From assembly GCF_009914755.1 (NCBI RefSeq), contig NC_060947.1: 64,000 bases of DNA. One strand, given 5' to 3'. The position numbers were made by a program, and so were the translations under genes. The stretch is from the human T2T-CHM13v2.0 reference genome, Homo sapiens. Positions 1 through 11,949 of the stretch are shown here, piece after piece. How positions within the stretch are numbered: the stretch's first letter is position 1; the number at the start of each line of letters is the position of its first letter. A model generated the notes under the pieces. It was not told the origin of the DNA. It searched no databases and saw nothing but the letters and a program-made list of their open reading frames with translations.

Positions 1-400
1 CAATGGTGTGTAAGAAGAATTTGAAGTGGGAAAAAAGGGTAGATTCAGGAGACATTATGGAGAGAAAATTGCCACAATATGGTGTTTTCCTTGGCTAGAT
101 ATGGGTAGAGAGAGAAGAGTTGGGGATGATTCTGAAGTTGGGAGCCTAGAAATTGGGATAATGCTGGCAGAAAGAGGCAAATAGAGGGAGAGCTGGGTGG
201 GAGAAAAAAAATGATGTTTTAGAAATTCTGAGCTTGAGTGAACAGAGGACATGAGTAAAAGGGAACCATCTAGTGGAAAGGAATTGGTTAAGGATTGAAG
301 CTGAACAGAGAGGTCAGGGCTGCAGCCAGAGGTTTGGGAGGCATCACCATTGTTTTGGATGTATTTGGAATCCCTGTTGTAAAGGGAAGAAAGAGGCTGA
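1..400 (-). mobile_element. L2 LINE fragment
   Basis: Purine-rich sequence matching the reverse complement of the L2 3' region (gagaggtcagggctg...gaggtttgggaggcatca). Confidence 0.7.
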
Positions 401-439
401 AAATAGAACGATATATTTGAGTCCACTCCTGCACACCAA

Positions 440-700
440 GTTGGTTGTGAGGACTTGCACTGAAGACAGACAGATCTAGGTTTAAATCCTGGCTTTGCTC
501 ATGCCTAGCTCTGTGACGCTGAACAAGTGCCTAAACCTCTCTGAGCCTCTGCTTTTCTTTTATTCAGCTATGAAATGGTGACACTGATCATACCTGCCTT
601 GTGGTGAGGACTAAATGAGATAACCTATATATAAAGCACTTAGCTCATCGCCTGGAACATAGGTTGCGCTGAAGAAATTGGGGTTATGATTGTTACTGTT
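440..700 (+). mobile_element. MIR SINE
   Basis: MIR core (ctagctctgtgac, aacctctctgagcctc) and 3' part (gtgaggactaaatgagataa...taaagcacttag). Confidence 0.85.
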
Positions 701-1647
701 GTTTCCTTTCATGTGATTTTCTGCATTAGGCAGCCTTCTCCCGAAAAGAACCCTGACAATTCAGATCACTGTGTGTTTTGTTTTGTTTTGTTTTGCTGGT
801 GGGAATGAGGCAAGGCGACCATAGCATGGCATCTTTTGCTTATGGAGGGCAGGTCCACAACCTGTTACTGAAAAGGGTGAACTTTTTCTTTTTCTGTCAA
901 TACGGGCAGATGAAGAGAAAAGCACAAGGAGCTCTAGGAAGGGAAAGTTGGAGCTGTGGCTAATGGAGCAAGGGCAGACCCCAAAGACTCATCTAGATCA
1001 TCAGTGATGATTCATTCCTCCGAAGCCTTTCCTAGGCCATTCTGAGAAACACTGGAGGAAGTGGGATGGCATGATCTAGTGTGAGTGATGGGCACTGTGC
1101 ACAAGGGGATGATTTGTATTTATGAAAGGTTCTTGGTGCCTAGGCTGCCTGATGCATGTCTAAAAAGGCAGTGGGTTCCAAGTCAATGTGCCTGGAGTGA
1201 GGAGATTTAGCTTCACCTGCTGGCACTGACTTTCCCTACAGAAGATGTAGCTCTGGGCACCACACTCCTAGCTTACATTTGATCCCTCCTGCTGAAGCAG
1301 TAATCAATCTGCAGTCTTCTGCTATTAGATGTTAATGCAATCAAAGAGATCACAATGACCTTAAGATTTCCTGATTAATTCACTTTTTCCCCTAGTCAGC
1401 ATTACCTTCTTTAATTTCTCAGCACTTGGCTCGTTTTCTCAGCTCACTTGGCTCTGTTTCATGCTACAAGTACCTTTTTCCTCTACTGAGGAGAGGGTTT
1501 GGGTAGAGTGATGGCGTTCTGGGCTGCCTGGTAGTGGAAGATGGAGAATCCCTGTCCTTGAATAAAGGTGTACTACCCAAAAAGAAAGGTTTTGGGGTTT
1601 TGACAAAAAGCAATCTTAGAAAAGGACATTTGGAAATGGTAAGAGAA

Positions 1648-1650
<3 letters not shown>

Positions 1651-1686
<36 letters not shown>

Positions 1687-1755
1687 GTGTGTTTGTGTGC
1701 ATGTGTGTGTATGTCTGCGTGTGTGTGTGTGTGTGTGTGAAAGAGAGAGAGAGAA
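1651..1755. repeat. Compound (GA)n-(GT)n-(GA)n microsatellite
   Basis: Read directly from the sequence. Confidence 0.95.
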
Positions 1756-2288
1756 ATCTTGAGAAACTGGTAGGAACAAAGTAAAATTATTATTTCCTCT
1801 CAAGTCAAAGAAGGTACAGAAAGAAAACTGCCGAGGTGAAGATACGTATCAGGGATTACCAATTTTCCAGAGCCCCCCACGCATAAAGTGCTTTAAGATC
1901 CTCAGTGAGGAGAAGCTTAAGATACAGAGACTGATGATCTGCCACCATAGGTGGGCAGCTGGAGTTGATACAAGCTGCCCAAAGCAGAATTTGTGATTTT
2001 TTTCTGCAAATACATTCCTCTTCCAGTCAACCCCACTCAGTAAATGGCACTACCGCTCACCTGGTTGCTTAAGTCAAACTCCTGGTGGTTATCCTGAGTT
2101 CTTCTTGTTCCCTTACACATCACATCCTAGTCATCAGCAAATCCTGTTCATTTACCTTGAAAATATTTACTGAATTTCATCACTTTTCACCACCTCCTCA
2201 GCCATTAGCTAGTGTGAGCCACCATCATCTCTTTCCCAAACCACTGCAACAGCCCCCTAAATAATCTACTTGCTTCCGCTCTTACTGC

Positions 2289-2956
2289 CAGGCCTGCCAT
2301 GTATGGATGTTCAGGTTGTATACTACACAAGGGCACCATAGCTATGGGTGTGCCATTTATATCACAGACACATACATACTTACATAAGATTGTGCAGATG
2401 GGTGCAGACATTCTGGGCTTCTTGGCTCTAAGTCTGACAACAGCGGAAGAGAGCCTGCTCCTACTTAAAACTGTACCAGTGCACATGGCCTTGCATAGAC
2501 TCAGGAAAGCACAATCACACACACACATACACACACATATACATCCATAAATGTACATACTCAGTGGCACACACAAGTGGACTCTATCCTACCCAAGCCC
2601 TGGGTGTCCCCTGAGTTTACTTCTCTCTCTACTACCCATTGTTCCCACAGGCTGAAGTCCCATCCCTCCCACTTCCAGCTGCCTCAGCTGGAGAGGGGAT
2701 AGAACAGTGGGGGGCAAAGTGTTGTTGATGGTGCATCTATTCCAGTGACAAGAAATGCATGAGTGAGAGGAATAATGTGGGTGCTCACAACACAGGCTGC
2801 TGCCCACCATGACTCTGGCAAACTTTCTTGGGCAGGACTTAAATTTGTTTAGGTTGTACAAGAAAAGACTAACATAATTTTTGTTGTCATTTTTAAAATG
2901 AGGAAGGGGTGTCTTTTTTGTGATTCACACAGACACTGTATCAGGTAGTGGCAGCC
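2289..2956. mobile_element. hAT-Tip100 non-autonomous element with MER91-like ends
   Basis: Left end caggcctgccat...caggttgtatactacacaagggcacc, right end gaggaaggggtgtcttttt...tagtggcagcc; degenerate TSD cttactgc (2281-2288) / cttac-gc (2956-2962). Confidence 0.6.
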
Positions 2957-3037
2957 TTACGCCCCCCCGCCCCCGCCAAATCTCAACTCCAACCAATCTC
3001 TACTCTATATAACAGTCACTAAGAACTTTAACAAACA

Positions 3038-3282
3038 GGCTGGGTACAGGGGTTCAAGACTGTAATTCCAGCACTTTGGGAGGTCAGGGCGGGCAAATCG
3101 CTTGAGCCCAGGAGTTTGAGACCAGCCTGGGCCATGTGGTGAAACCCCATCTCTACTAAAAATACAAAAATTAGCCAGGCGTGTTGGTGCACACCTGTAG
3201 TCCCACCTACTCAGGAGGCTGAGGTGAGAGGACCGCTTGAGCCCTGGAGATCGAGGCTGCAGTGAGCTGAGAAAAATAAAAA
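3038..3282 (+). mobile_element. AluJ-type SINE lacking the distal right arm
   Basis: Alu dimer with J diagnostics (gcttgagcccagga, gaggctgcagtgagc); 17-bp TSD aagaactttaacaaaca / aataactttaacgaaca. Confidence 0.95.
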
Positions 3283-3849
3283 AATAACTTTAACGAACAC
3301 TTGAGTATGTTGATTCTTTGCTTAAAGCCTTCCATTTATATTTTAATGTTTTTAGGATAAAGATAAAACTCCTTAGATGGCCTACAAAGCTTGAATGATC
3401 TGGCCCCTGCCTTCCTCTGCAACCTCATCTCATATCACCCTCCCTCTCATGACTGCCCCAAACCCCACCCACACTGATTTTCTGTCCCTTGAGTTCACCA
3501 AGCACATATCATTGTATTTCTTGTTTATCTGCCTCCCCCTTCCTCCTACCTCCCTGCTTCTAGAGTGTTAACTCTGTTAAGCAGGGACTTTGTCTTTTTC
3601 ATCATTATGTCTTCATCACCTAGCACAGTTCCTGGCATTTAATAGGTGGTCAATAAGTATTTGCTGAGTGAATAAATAAGTGAACAGGAAAATGAGCAAT
3701 TTTGCTCCCTATTCCACTCATTGGCTCTAAGATGAACCTCAGCTCAGCCTCATCTCTAGTGTGCTTTGAGATCCTCTGGTGAAATGAGATGGCCAGAAAA
3801 TGCAAGGTTGTTAAACATCAGAAAGTTGCAAGACCAGTTTGGTCAGGAG

Positions 3850-4050
3850 GAATAATAATCAGTATAACCAGCACTTATTGAGATATTAGCATGTGCTGGG
3901 CATTGCTCTAGGCTTTTTTCTCATTTAATCTCCACAGTAACCTTATAAGGTATTTCCTAGTATAGAATTATCCACATTTGATGATGAGCAAACTGAAACC
4001 CAGGTGATTCAGTGACTTGGATGCAGACACAGGCAGTTCGATTCAAAGCT
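3850..4050 (-). mobile_element. MIR SINE
   Basis: tcatttaatctccacagtaacc...gatgagcaaactgaaacccag...agtgacttg. Confidence 0.75.
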
Positions 4051-4829
4051 TTCTTTTGTGTTGTGTGAGAATGAGAACAGTCTCATTTCCACTGATTTCT
4101 TTTTCAAACCACCCTAGGATTATCCCTCTACCCCCTGGCTTCTCTTCAATCTCATAATCTTGAATCCAGCCCTGAGGAGCAGGTAGAAAAGAGCCATGTA
4201 CTACATTGGTAAGCTGCAGTGAGTGTAGGTCTAGTTAGTGTCCCCATAGGGTAGCAGCTACTTTGATGATTGACAATATAAATTTAAAAGCTGAGATATC
4301 CTGTACTATCTTGATACTGAAATCAATAAAACCATCAAATCCTAAGCCAGCCTCACCAAACTAAAAGGGAGTTGCAACCACAAAGCAAATTTAACACCTC
4401 TTGGAATCTTTCTGACATCACATGAAGCACTACCTCTGAGGTGAGAATGGCATTAGCTTGAAGCTCTACAGGGCTGAAACCTTAGCTATTACAGGGCTGG
4501 ATTGTATCTGCCACCTTCACATGGGAAGAGAAATTGACATGGGGGGAAGAGACAACTGACTAGGCAGTCTTTGCAGCTCTGACTGTGCATAAAGAGAATG
4601 AAAAAATAAAAGAAGAGAGGGAAAACACAGCATAATCCTCATTGTTAAGATGTTAGCATGCTCATGGGCATAACAGAAATTACTGTTCTTCATCTCACCT
4701 TATGATTCCCTTTAACAAAAGACAACCATTGAAAACACAATTTGAGGCCAGTTTACCCCTTCATGCTCAGAGCCTGAATCACAAATTCATGGGCTGTATT
4801 AAATGCTTTCCCCACTTATTTTATCAGAT

Positions 4830-4920
4830 TCTTAGAACCAGAGAAGGAACCTAATAGAATATCTGGTTCAACTCATTCACATTTTCTAGATAGGGAGACT
4901 GAGGCCAAAAGAAAGGGGTC
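4830..4920 (-). mobile_element. MIR-family fragment
   Basis: cattttctagatagggagactgaggcc core. Confidence 0.55.
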
Positions 4921-4947
4921 TTGATTTCATTTTCACCAAGTGTACGC

Positions 4948-4978
<31 letters not shown>

Positions 4979-4981
4979 TGT
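4948..4981. repeat. (GT)n microsatellite
   Basis: Read directly from the sequence. Confidence 0.95.
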
Positions 4982-5699
4982 CCATTCGTGTGTTGCATGA
5001 GTGGGAGGTTTGCTTCAGGAGCTGTTAAGGGGAGAGATGGAAAGTTCTGTATTCTAAAAGGAAAGGGGTGAAAAATGTTAGAATCAATACAGTGTTTGGT
5101 AAATAACTAGTAATTTGTCACATAAACATATACACACTACAAACACCACTGTCTGTGGCAGAAACAGAGGGATGTTCTCAACAGAGGGAGGGTCTCAGCC
5201 AAGAAGGATAAATGAGGGCCATTCATCCTTTCAGACCCTTTCTGCCATTGGCAAAGATTGGTCCAGTCCACTGCCTAGGTTTTCTGTGGGCTCTCAACAT
5301 TTTGCTCAGCAGAGACTTCCCAAGGCTGCTTCACTAGTGGCTGGTGGCATTTAACCTCTGTGGGAGAGATGGAGCTTTTTCTTTTCATCATGGAATCCAT
5401 TATTTTTCTTTGAAGCATAGTGCAAAGCTTCTTACAAATTGCATGGCAAAAATAGAAATGCAGCCAGTTCTCAGCACAGCCTTGTGGAAGTCGGGGCAAC
5501 CTGTCCCTCAGGCAGTGTGGATGGAGAGTGTGTTCATTTCTGAACTTGATGGTAAATCCTATGGGGAAGGAGGCAGAAAGCAACCCATCCCTTCCTCTTC
5601 TCCCTTAAAGGGAACTAGACCTAAAATGTGTTGGAGCTGTGAGCCCTGGAGAAAGCCAGCCCAATTGCAGTATTAGACCCCGCCAGAGGGAGTCAGAGT

Positions 5700-5870
5700 G
5701 TGGCAGCTTGGCTGTGAACTTGCCGTGAGACCTGGAGTAAGTTGCTTCCCCTCTTTGGGTCTCTGTTTTTTCATTTAACCCTCATGCTTCACAGAATGAT
5801 TGAAAGGTACAAATGTAGAGAAAATAGACCCACATATGCTTTGGAAACAGTAAAAACCTGATATTAGTAC
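5700..5870 (+). mobile_element. MIR fragment
   Basis: gtgagacctggagtaagttgcttcccctctttgggtctctgttttttcat. Confidence 0.55.
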
Positions 5871-6039
5871 AAAATATTTTTATTGTCATTGTTTTATGTC
5901 TGCTCTTTGTCTCTGGTGGTTGACCTGGAATTTGGGTATCTGATCTGGAATTTGACTTGGTATAGAATATTTCAGGATAGGTTCAAGGCCTCTGGAGCTG
6001 CAGAAAGAAGAATTGTTGGAAGAGTCAATGCAGGTTGAA

Positions 6040-6250
6040 CACTGGGCTCAAACAGACCCCTCACAAATCACAGCCCTGCTCCTTCATTAATCTCCCCGGG
6101 TATGTCTTCCAGCAGCTTATCGAACCTCTGAGCTTCAGTTTCCTCATCTCTAAAGTGGGGTTGTTGTGGGAATTTAAGTGAGATAATAAATGAAAGCTAT
6201 TATGCTGAAGCACTGGTGTGGAGTATGCATTTGATAATAATTCTTTTTGA
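6040..6250 (+). mobile_element. MIR SINE
   Basis: aacctctgagcttcagtttcctcatctctaaagtggggttgttgtgggaatttaagtgagataat. Confidence 0.75.
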
Positions 6251-6277
6251 TGTTATTTGCATCTGTGTGCTGAGAAT

Positions 6278-6448
6278 AACTGTGATTCCTTAATGTCAGT
6301 GCACAGCTAGTCCTTGTTAAAACATACAGATTCCTGGGCCTTGCCCTAAAGAAATTCTGATTCCATAGGTTTGGAATGGAGAACAAGAACATGTGTTTAA
6401 CAAGGACTCCACGGTATTCTGATGTGGGTCCAATTTGGAAACCATTGG
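6278..6448. mobile_element. MER5-type hAT-Charlie MITE
   Basis: cttgttaaaacatacagattcctgggcc...ttctgatt...tttaacaag...ttctgatgtg...tttggaaaccattg. Confidence 0.75.
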
Positions 6449-6455
6449 TGTAGAG

Positions 6456-6778
6456 CACTGTTATTCAAGCTGTCAATTGTTACCCACTGCTCAGAAAATC
6501 AATTTAGTGGATAGTGACCAGCATTAAACACACATACAGGAATGGAATGGGAAATAACAGGGTACACTGCACACAGTAAGGGTAAATATTGAGTTATAAA
6601 ATGTTTATAATTACATATAATTTTAAATATAAAGACAGTTATATTTATCATTTATAATATAGTTGTATATACATCGTTTGTGTGTATGTGTATATATATA
6701 CATGCAAACATTTCATGAGGCAATACTTACCCTCACTGTAGATACCTTGACATTGGACAAAATTATTTGAAATACTCA
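6456..6778. mobile_element. hAT-Charlie MITE (subfamily uncertain) with an internal inverted repeat
   Basis: Charlie-like termini cactgttattcaa / tttgaaatactc; aaatcaatttagtgg..tgaccagcatt motif. Confidence 0.55.
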
Positions 6779-7529
6779 TTTCTTATTTGGAGAAACTGGC
6801 ATCCAGAGAATTAATCTGTCAAGTCTCAGATAAGACAAGAAATGACCAACAAGGGAATGGAGTAGGATCCATTTCTCCTCTCTCCCCATCTCTCCCATGC
6901 TATTCTTGTATCAACAGAGTTGGTGGTTCTCTAATTAGAATCAGTTCTAATATCATATAATGGCCCTGGCCTGAAATGTAAGGGCAAGTTAGGGAGGCGG
7001 CTGCAGGTATCAGGCTAATGGCATTGACCCCATTAGACGGAAAATGCATCTGGGTTTATGGGATGTTTAGCTGCTCTTGGTTAGTGAAGGCTTTGTATAA
7101 GTGTGCCAAGCTCTTGTCCAAACAACTGCTCCTCCTTTCCTTCTCCCAGACTTTGATATTGATTTTACCATTTGAAACTCTTTTGTTGCCTCTGTAAAAT
7201 CAAATAATTAGCTTAAAACTATCCTTCCGGTCACATCAACCAGCATCATCTTTTCAGTCCTGACTTGATATGTTGAAGATGTTAGCACCCCTAACCTTTC
7301 ATCCACATGCTCTGTCTAAAGGGAGCAGCTATTTCTGGGTTCCAGTTCATTATGGTCCTGTGGGAATGTGGTCACTTTGCCAGTGAGGCCTTCTGTGTCT
7401 ACCCTCTGTGATACTCTAGGCCTTGCAGGAACCTACTACTCTTACCATTTCAAAACTCTTCATCTCCTACCTGACTTTGTATTTTCCTGATGGTACTTAT
7501 CATACAACTTAACATAGTATATTTTAAAT

Positions 7530-7800
7530 AATAAACAGATAATGAAAATAATCCCATGTGTCCAGATATTTTTTTTCTAGGAAGATTGAAAATCAAATTT
7601 TATGTGAAGTTTTCCAATTTTTAATGCTGCCAGATATTTTGATTTTTCTAGAGAGCTTGGACATCTGAATATTCATGTAAAATCTTGTAATTTTTCAATG
7701 TCGGTTACCAGTTCATAGAAAATTTAAATACTATTTGCACCAAAGAAAATATGTTTGTGATCCAGATAGAGTCCAAGGTTCACCCTATTGTGATCTGTGT
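7530..7800. mobile_element. MER103C-like hAT-Charlie fragment
   Basis: ccagatattttgatttttc...ttttatgtgaagttttccaatttttaatg...ccaaagaaaatatgtttgtg resembles MER103. Confidence 0.55.
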
Positions 7801-7849
7801 CATAGATCTGTAGAACACTGGCGCTGTGAGAAGCCTTGTAAATTGGCAG

Positions 7850-7990
7850 CTTCTAATGAGGAAGTACAGACTCAGAAAGATTAGGTATCTTCTGCATTAT
7901 CACACAGCTGGCTTGTAGCAGAACTGGATCTCGAACCCAGCTTTCCTGCCTCCTAGTTGCTCTGTCATAGTCACCATGCTGGCTGCCTCC
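7850..7990 (-). mobile_element. MIR SINE
   Basis: atgaggaagtacagactcagaaagattagg...tcacacagctgg...gaacccag. Confidence 0.7.
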
Positions 7991-8269
7991 CTTCTGCTGA
8001 GGGTTGAGTTAATCTGCTCTGTGTAGAGGACAGCTTTCAGTCTTCAGTCCCCTCCTCCTAAAGAATATAACAGACGCATCACCACCCATCTGATAATCCC
8101 CAGGCACTTCTCACCAGAGTGTATGAATTTACCTGCCTTCCCAATCTCAACTGAGGATATTGCCTCTTGGCGCTCTTTATTGCTTTTGCTCCAGTGATAG
8201 AATCAAGACAAAGTCTTTATAGGAATGTTATTATCATTGCTCCCAGACAGCGGTGTCTTCCGGCAGAGT

Positions 8270-8500
8270 CATAGAGTCGGTGTGGTCTAATGCAAAGAAT
8301 CTGGGGCTCAAAGTCCAGACAGCTGGGCTCAATTCTCAGATATGTGACCTGAGACAACTTATTTAGCCTCTCCGGCACTCAATTTCCTTAACTGTAAAAA
8401 TGAGAAAAATAAGATCTGTCTCTCTTGTGTCTCAGAGCTGCTGTGAGGCTAAAGTGAGATGATATGTATAAGAGCACCTTGGAAACAGATAAACATTTTA
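8270..8500 (+). mobile_element. MIR SINE
   Basis: tgtgacctgagacaacttatttagcctctc...ctgtaaaaatgag...gctgtgaggctaaagtgagatg. Confidence 0.8.
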
Positions 8501-8519
8501 CAACGATGAGGGTATAGTA

Positions 8520-8830
8520 TCATTAAATCAGCAAAATAATGATTAAGCACCTACTATGTGACAGTGAACATACCATTTATGCAGGGCATGCCAAGAAGCA
8601 TAGGCCTATCTGCCTCCATGAGCTTATAGTCTACCTGAGAAGAAGGGACATAGCTGAGTGGGAAGAGAGCCAGCACTGCAAAGCTAGAGACCAGGGCTGA
8701 AGGAAATGTATTGACCGTAGAATGAGAGAAAGAAATTGTGGTAGAAAGGGGTGACCATGGAAGGATTCCTGGAGGGAGTTGCATTTAAACTAAGCTTTGG
8801 AATAAAAATTCACAGGCTAGGGCTGGCAGG
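8520..8830 (-). mobile_element. L2 3' fragment
   Basis: attaagcacctactatgtg...ggagcttatagtcta-like motif...ggaaggattcctggaggg. Confidence 0.6.
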
Positions 8831-9036
8831 AGTTAAAAAAAAAAAAAGGATATTCTTTTACTGGTCAGGGGCAACAGCACAAATAAGGGCTGAAATCACA
8901 ACGTATGCTGGAGGTCTAATCTACATGGACAGAAGGGTTCAAGTAGTGGCTCTCAGATTATTGCTTATCCAGCTTTTTCACTGGCCTAAAACACAAAAGA
9001 GAAAGTCAAGGGATGCTTGCTATGAAGCCAAGGTGG

Positions 9037-9352
9037 GGCCAGGCACGGTGGTTCATGCCTGTAATCCCAGCAATTTGGGAGGCTCAGGGAGGCATATTGC
9101 TTGAGCCCAGGAGTTCGAGACCAGCCATTGGCAACATAGCAAAACCTCATCTCTAAAAAATACACAAAAATTAGCTGGGTGTGGTGGTGCAGGACTGTAG
9201 TCCCAGGTACTCAGGAGGCTGATCTGGGAGGATCGCTTGAACCCTGGAGGCAGAGGTTACAGTGAGCCACTGAGATTGCACCACTGCACTCCAGCCTGGA
9301 TGGCAGAGCCAGACCCTGTCTCAAAAAAAAAAAAGAAAAAGAAAAAGAAAAC
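9037..9352 (+). mobile_element. AluJ-type SINE, full length
   Basis: Both arms, A-rich linker and tail; degenerate TSD aagccaaggtgg / aaaccaaggcag. Confidence 0.95.
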
Positions 9353-9409
9353 AAACCAAGGCAGAGGTTAAGTGTGGGCACAGGTTTGGTTAATTACATC
9401 ACAGGAGGG

Positions 9410-9810
9410 CCTAATACTATAAAATGATCATAATGATTATTTCTGCCTCATAGGGCTTTTCTCAGCTTTAAATTACATGATGTGTGTTAAACATTTAGCA
9501 TAGCACCTGATACATGATTAGTACTCAATAAATGTTAGCTATCATCATCATCACCAGTTTTCATCTTATACTGAAGTTAGGGGACAATAACATGGGCTTT
9601 GGAATCTGTCTAATATTAGTTGTGTAGCCTTGGTCGAGTCACATCACTTCCTCGTTTCTCGGTTTCCTGGTCTTTAAAATGGGAATGACAGTAGTGCCAA
9701 CTGAAAAGGGCTATTGTGAGGATTAAATGAGTTAATCCAAGTAAAGTACTTATCACCATGCCTGGTACATGATAAGCATTCAATAGATGTTAGCTGCTAC
9801 AGTTATTATG
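9410..9810 (+). mobile_element. Two tandem MIR copies (about 9410-9550 and 9590-9810)
   Basis: Two MIR 3' ends (caataaatgttagct and caatagatgttagct), one with a core. Confidence 0.8.
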
Positions 9811-9999
9811 GCCAGTTGACCATTAAGGTAATATGACAGCATAACTAAAACATGAGAAAATTGAGAAAAATAGGCAATCATGCCAAATCTTACTACTAAG
9901 ACACATCTTGTTATTATTTTTGGATTTGGTTCTTAAATTTAAAATTTCTTTTGTTGAGAAAATCAAGACTGCAGGAGATGGCATGGATTTGGGATGCAG

Positions 10000-10630
10000 C
10001 AGGCATTTCGTTAAACACTTAATAAGTAACTACTGTGTGCTAGCCAGTGTTCCAGAAGCTGAGATATGACAAGAAAAAAAAACACACAGGACAGGCATTA
10101 TTCCTGTATTTAAGGAATTTATAGCCCAATAGAGGTAGTATGGAAAACAAAATAATAAATATAAAATATTGTGTTATGTGATATTAAGTACTATGGAAAA
10201 TATCTTCAGATGGGGTGATAAGGAGTTGTAAAATGGTCAGGAGTGGTGAGGGAGGGTTGGAGAGTGAACCCTGCAGAGCCTATAATTTTAGAGGGTGGTC
10301 AGGGTAGGCCTCACCAAGAAGGTAATCTTTTGAATCCAGCCCTAAAGGAGGTGAGGGAGTAGGTCATGTAGGTATCTCAGGGAAGAGCATTGGGAGCAGA
10401 GAGAACAGGAAGAGCAAGGTCTTTGAATCAGGAGGATATCTGGCATTTATGAAACTGCCAAGAAGCCCATGTTGCAGCAATGGAGTGAATGAAGGGAAGA
10501 GTATTGGGATGGGAGGTCAGAGAGGTCACAGAGACAAGTTTGTTAAGGGCATTGACTGCCATTTCCAGGGAGTGAGATGGAAAGCCACGGAGGAGCTTGT
10601 TCAGTGAAGGACATGACCCAACTTATATCA
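10000..10630 (-). mobile_element. L2a 3' portion
   Basis: tactgtgtgctagccagtgttc...ggtcagggtaggcctcacc...gggaagagcatt...gaggtcagagagg. Confidence 0.8.
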
Positions 10631-10829
10631 GCTATTTGGCACTCCTATAAGCAGTGGGTTTTGACCCCATAGATCCTGGGCAATAATAAACAAGAGGCAG
10701 CAACTCCACCATTCCCTCAGAACTCTCCTTACCACTCTGTAGACTGCAGAGAGTGGACTTATTGATCCTGAGGGCGACACAGAGAGGAATTGATGGCACG
10801 GAGAATAGGGGAAAAAGATGTAATCTCTT

Positions 10830-11890
10830 AGAGCTGAAAGGGACTCAGTTAGTGCAATTCTGCCACCGGGCATCTGTTCATTCCGCCTCGACTAAAACCG
10901 TCACTGCCTTATCAGCTTGCTCAGCCTCTTCTTGCAGGACCTTCTCAAGGTCGGAAAGCCTTTTGATGGGTTTACTGAAAATCTGCCTCCTTTTCACCAC
11001 CGGGTGGCAGTAGTCCTGGTTCTATCACCTGAGCAACCCAGAATAAGTGCATACCTTCCGCAGGAAAATACTTGAGATTTGAAGGCAGGTGGATATCTTA
11101 TATATCCCCCAACGTTTCTCCTTTACAGGCCCTATTGTCTCTTCTACCTTCAAGAGTAACTCCTATTATAGAATGGTTTTCTTTTGTCAATCTTGCAACC
11201 CTCTTCTGGAGGTTTTCCACTTTCTTAGTGACTCTCTTAAAATGTGATGTCTAAAATTGAACAGGAGACGGCAGGAGTGAACAGAGGAGGTTACAGTGCA
11301 ATGATTATATTCTAGGATCTAGAAACTGTACTTTGATTATGCAATCTAAAATTGTGCTCTGTTTTTAGCGACTAAATAATTTAGGTACATTAAACTGTTG
11401 GCTCGAATTGTGCTTGTGGGTCAATTCAAGCCCCTTGATCTTTTTTAGTTTGTTTATTTGTTTGATGTGAGTTGCTGTGAAGCCACACTTCCCCTATTTT
11501 GGCCTCATAAAATGGACTTTTAAAATTTGAATTGATGATTTTTTTTCTTTATCTCATTTATATTTCACCATTTAAATTTTAGCCCAGTATTCCAACCCGT
11601 CTGAGCTTATTTTGAATCTCAATTTTGTTCTTCAACATATTCCGACATCCCTGCCAGGTTTGGGTCATCTTAAAACACAGTAAGTACATTTTTTGTATCA
11701 CCTAAGTTATTAATAAAAATGAAAAAGTCTTGTGGCCCTTCTCTGGAGAACTTCTGCTGGATTGCCAATCCATTTGACTGTATTATAACTTGATCAATAT
11801 GTTACTATCTTGCTTTAGTTCATTCATGAGAAAATTCTGAGACAAATTCAAATGCATGGCTAAATCCAAGATATGTTGTCAATGCAAAAG
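10830..11890 (-). mobile_element. L3/CR1 LINE, 3' part of ORF2 and tail
   Basis: ccctcttctggagg...ctcttaaaatgtgatgtctaaaattgaaca is the reverse complement of the CR1 ORF2 C-terminal CVQFWAPHFK-type region; similarity continues on both sides. Confidence 0.7.
10994..11012 (+). promoter_or_regulatory. Candidate CTCF site
   Basis: TCACCACCGGGTGGCAGTA; core matches CCASYAGRKGGCRS at 13/14; surrounding CpGs retained. Confidence 0.5.
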
Positions 11891-11949
11891 ATAGCATGGA
11901 TGAAGGTGATCTAAGATAGGATGTTTTTGTTTTGCAAAATGGAAATTCT

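Larger units (their letters stand above)
1975..3690 (+). mobile_element. L2 LINE 3' portion, split by a hAT element and an Alu
   Basis: Collinear L2 pieces at about 1975-2288, 2990-3037 and 3300-3690, ending in the L2 tail tagcacagttcctggc...caataagtatttgctgagtgaat. Confidence 0.8.

Noticed and set aside
5666-5694. CTCF site with an upstream TGCAG module
   Set aside because: The core CCGCCAGAGGGAGT lacks the conserved C, and TGCAG is closer to the core than the spacing I recall; too weak to call.
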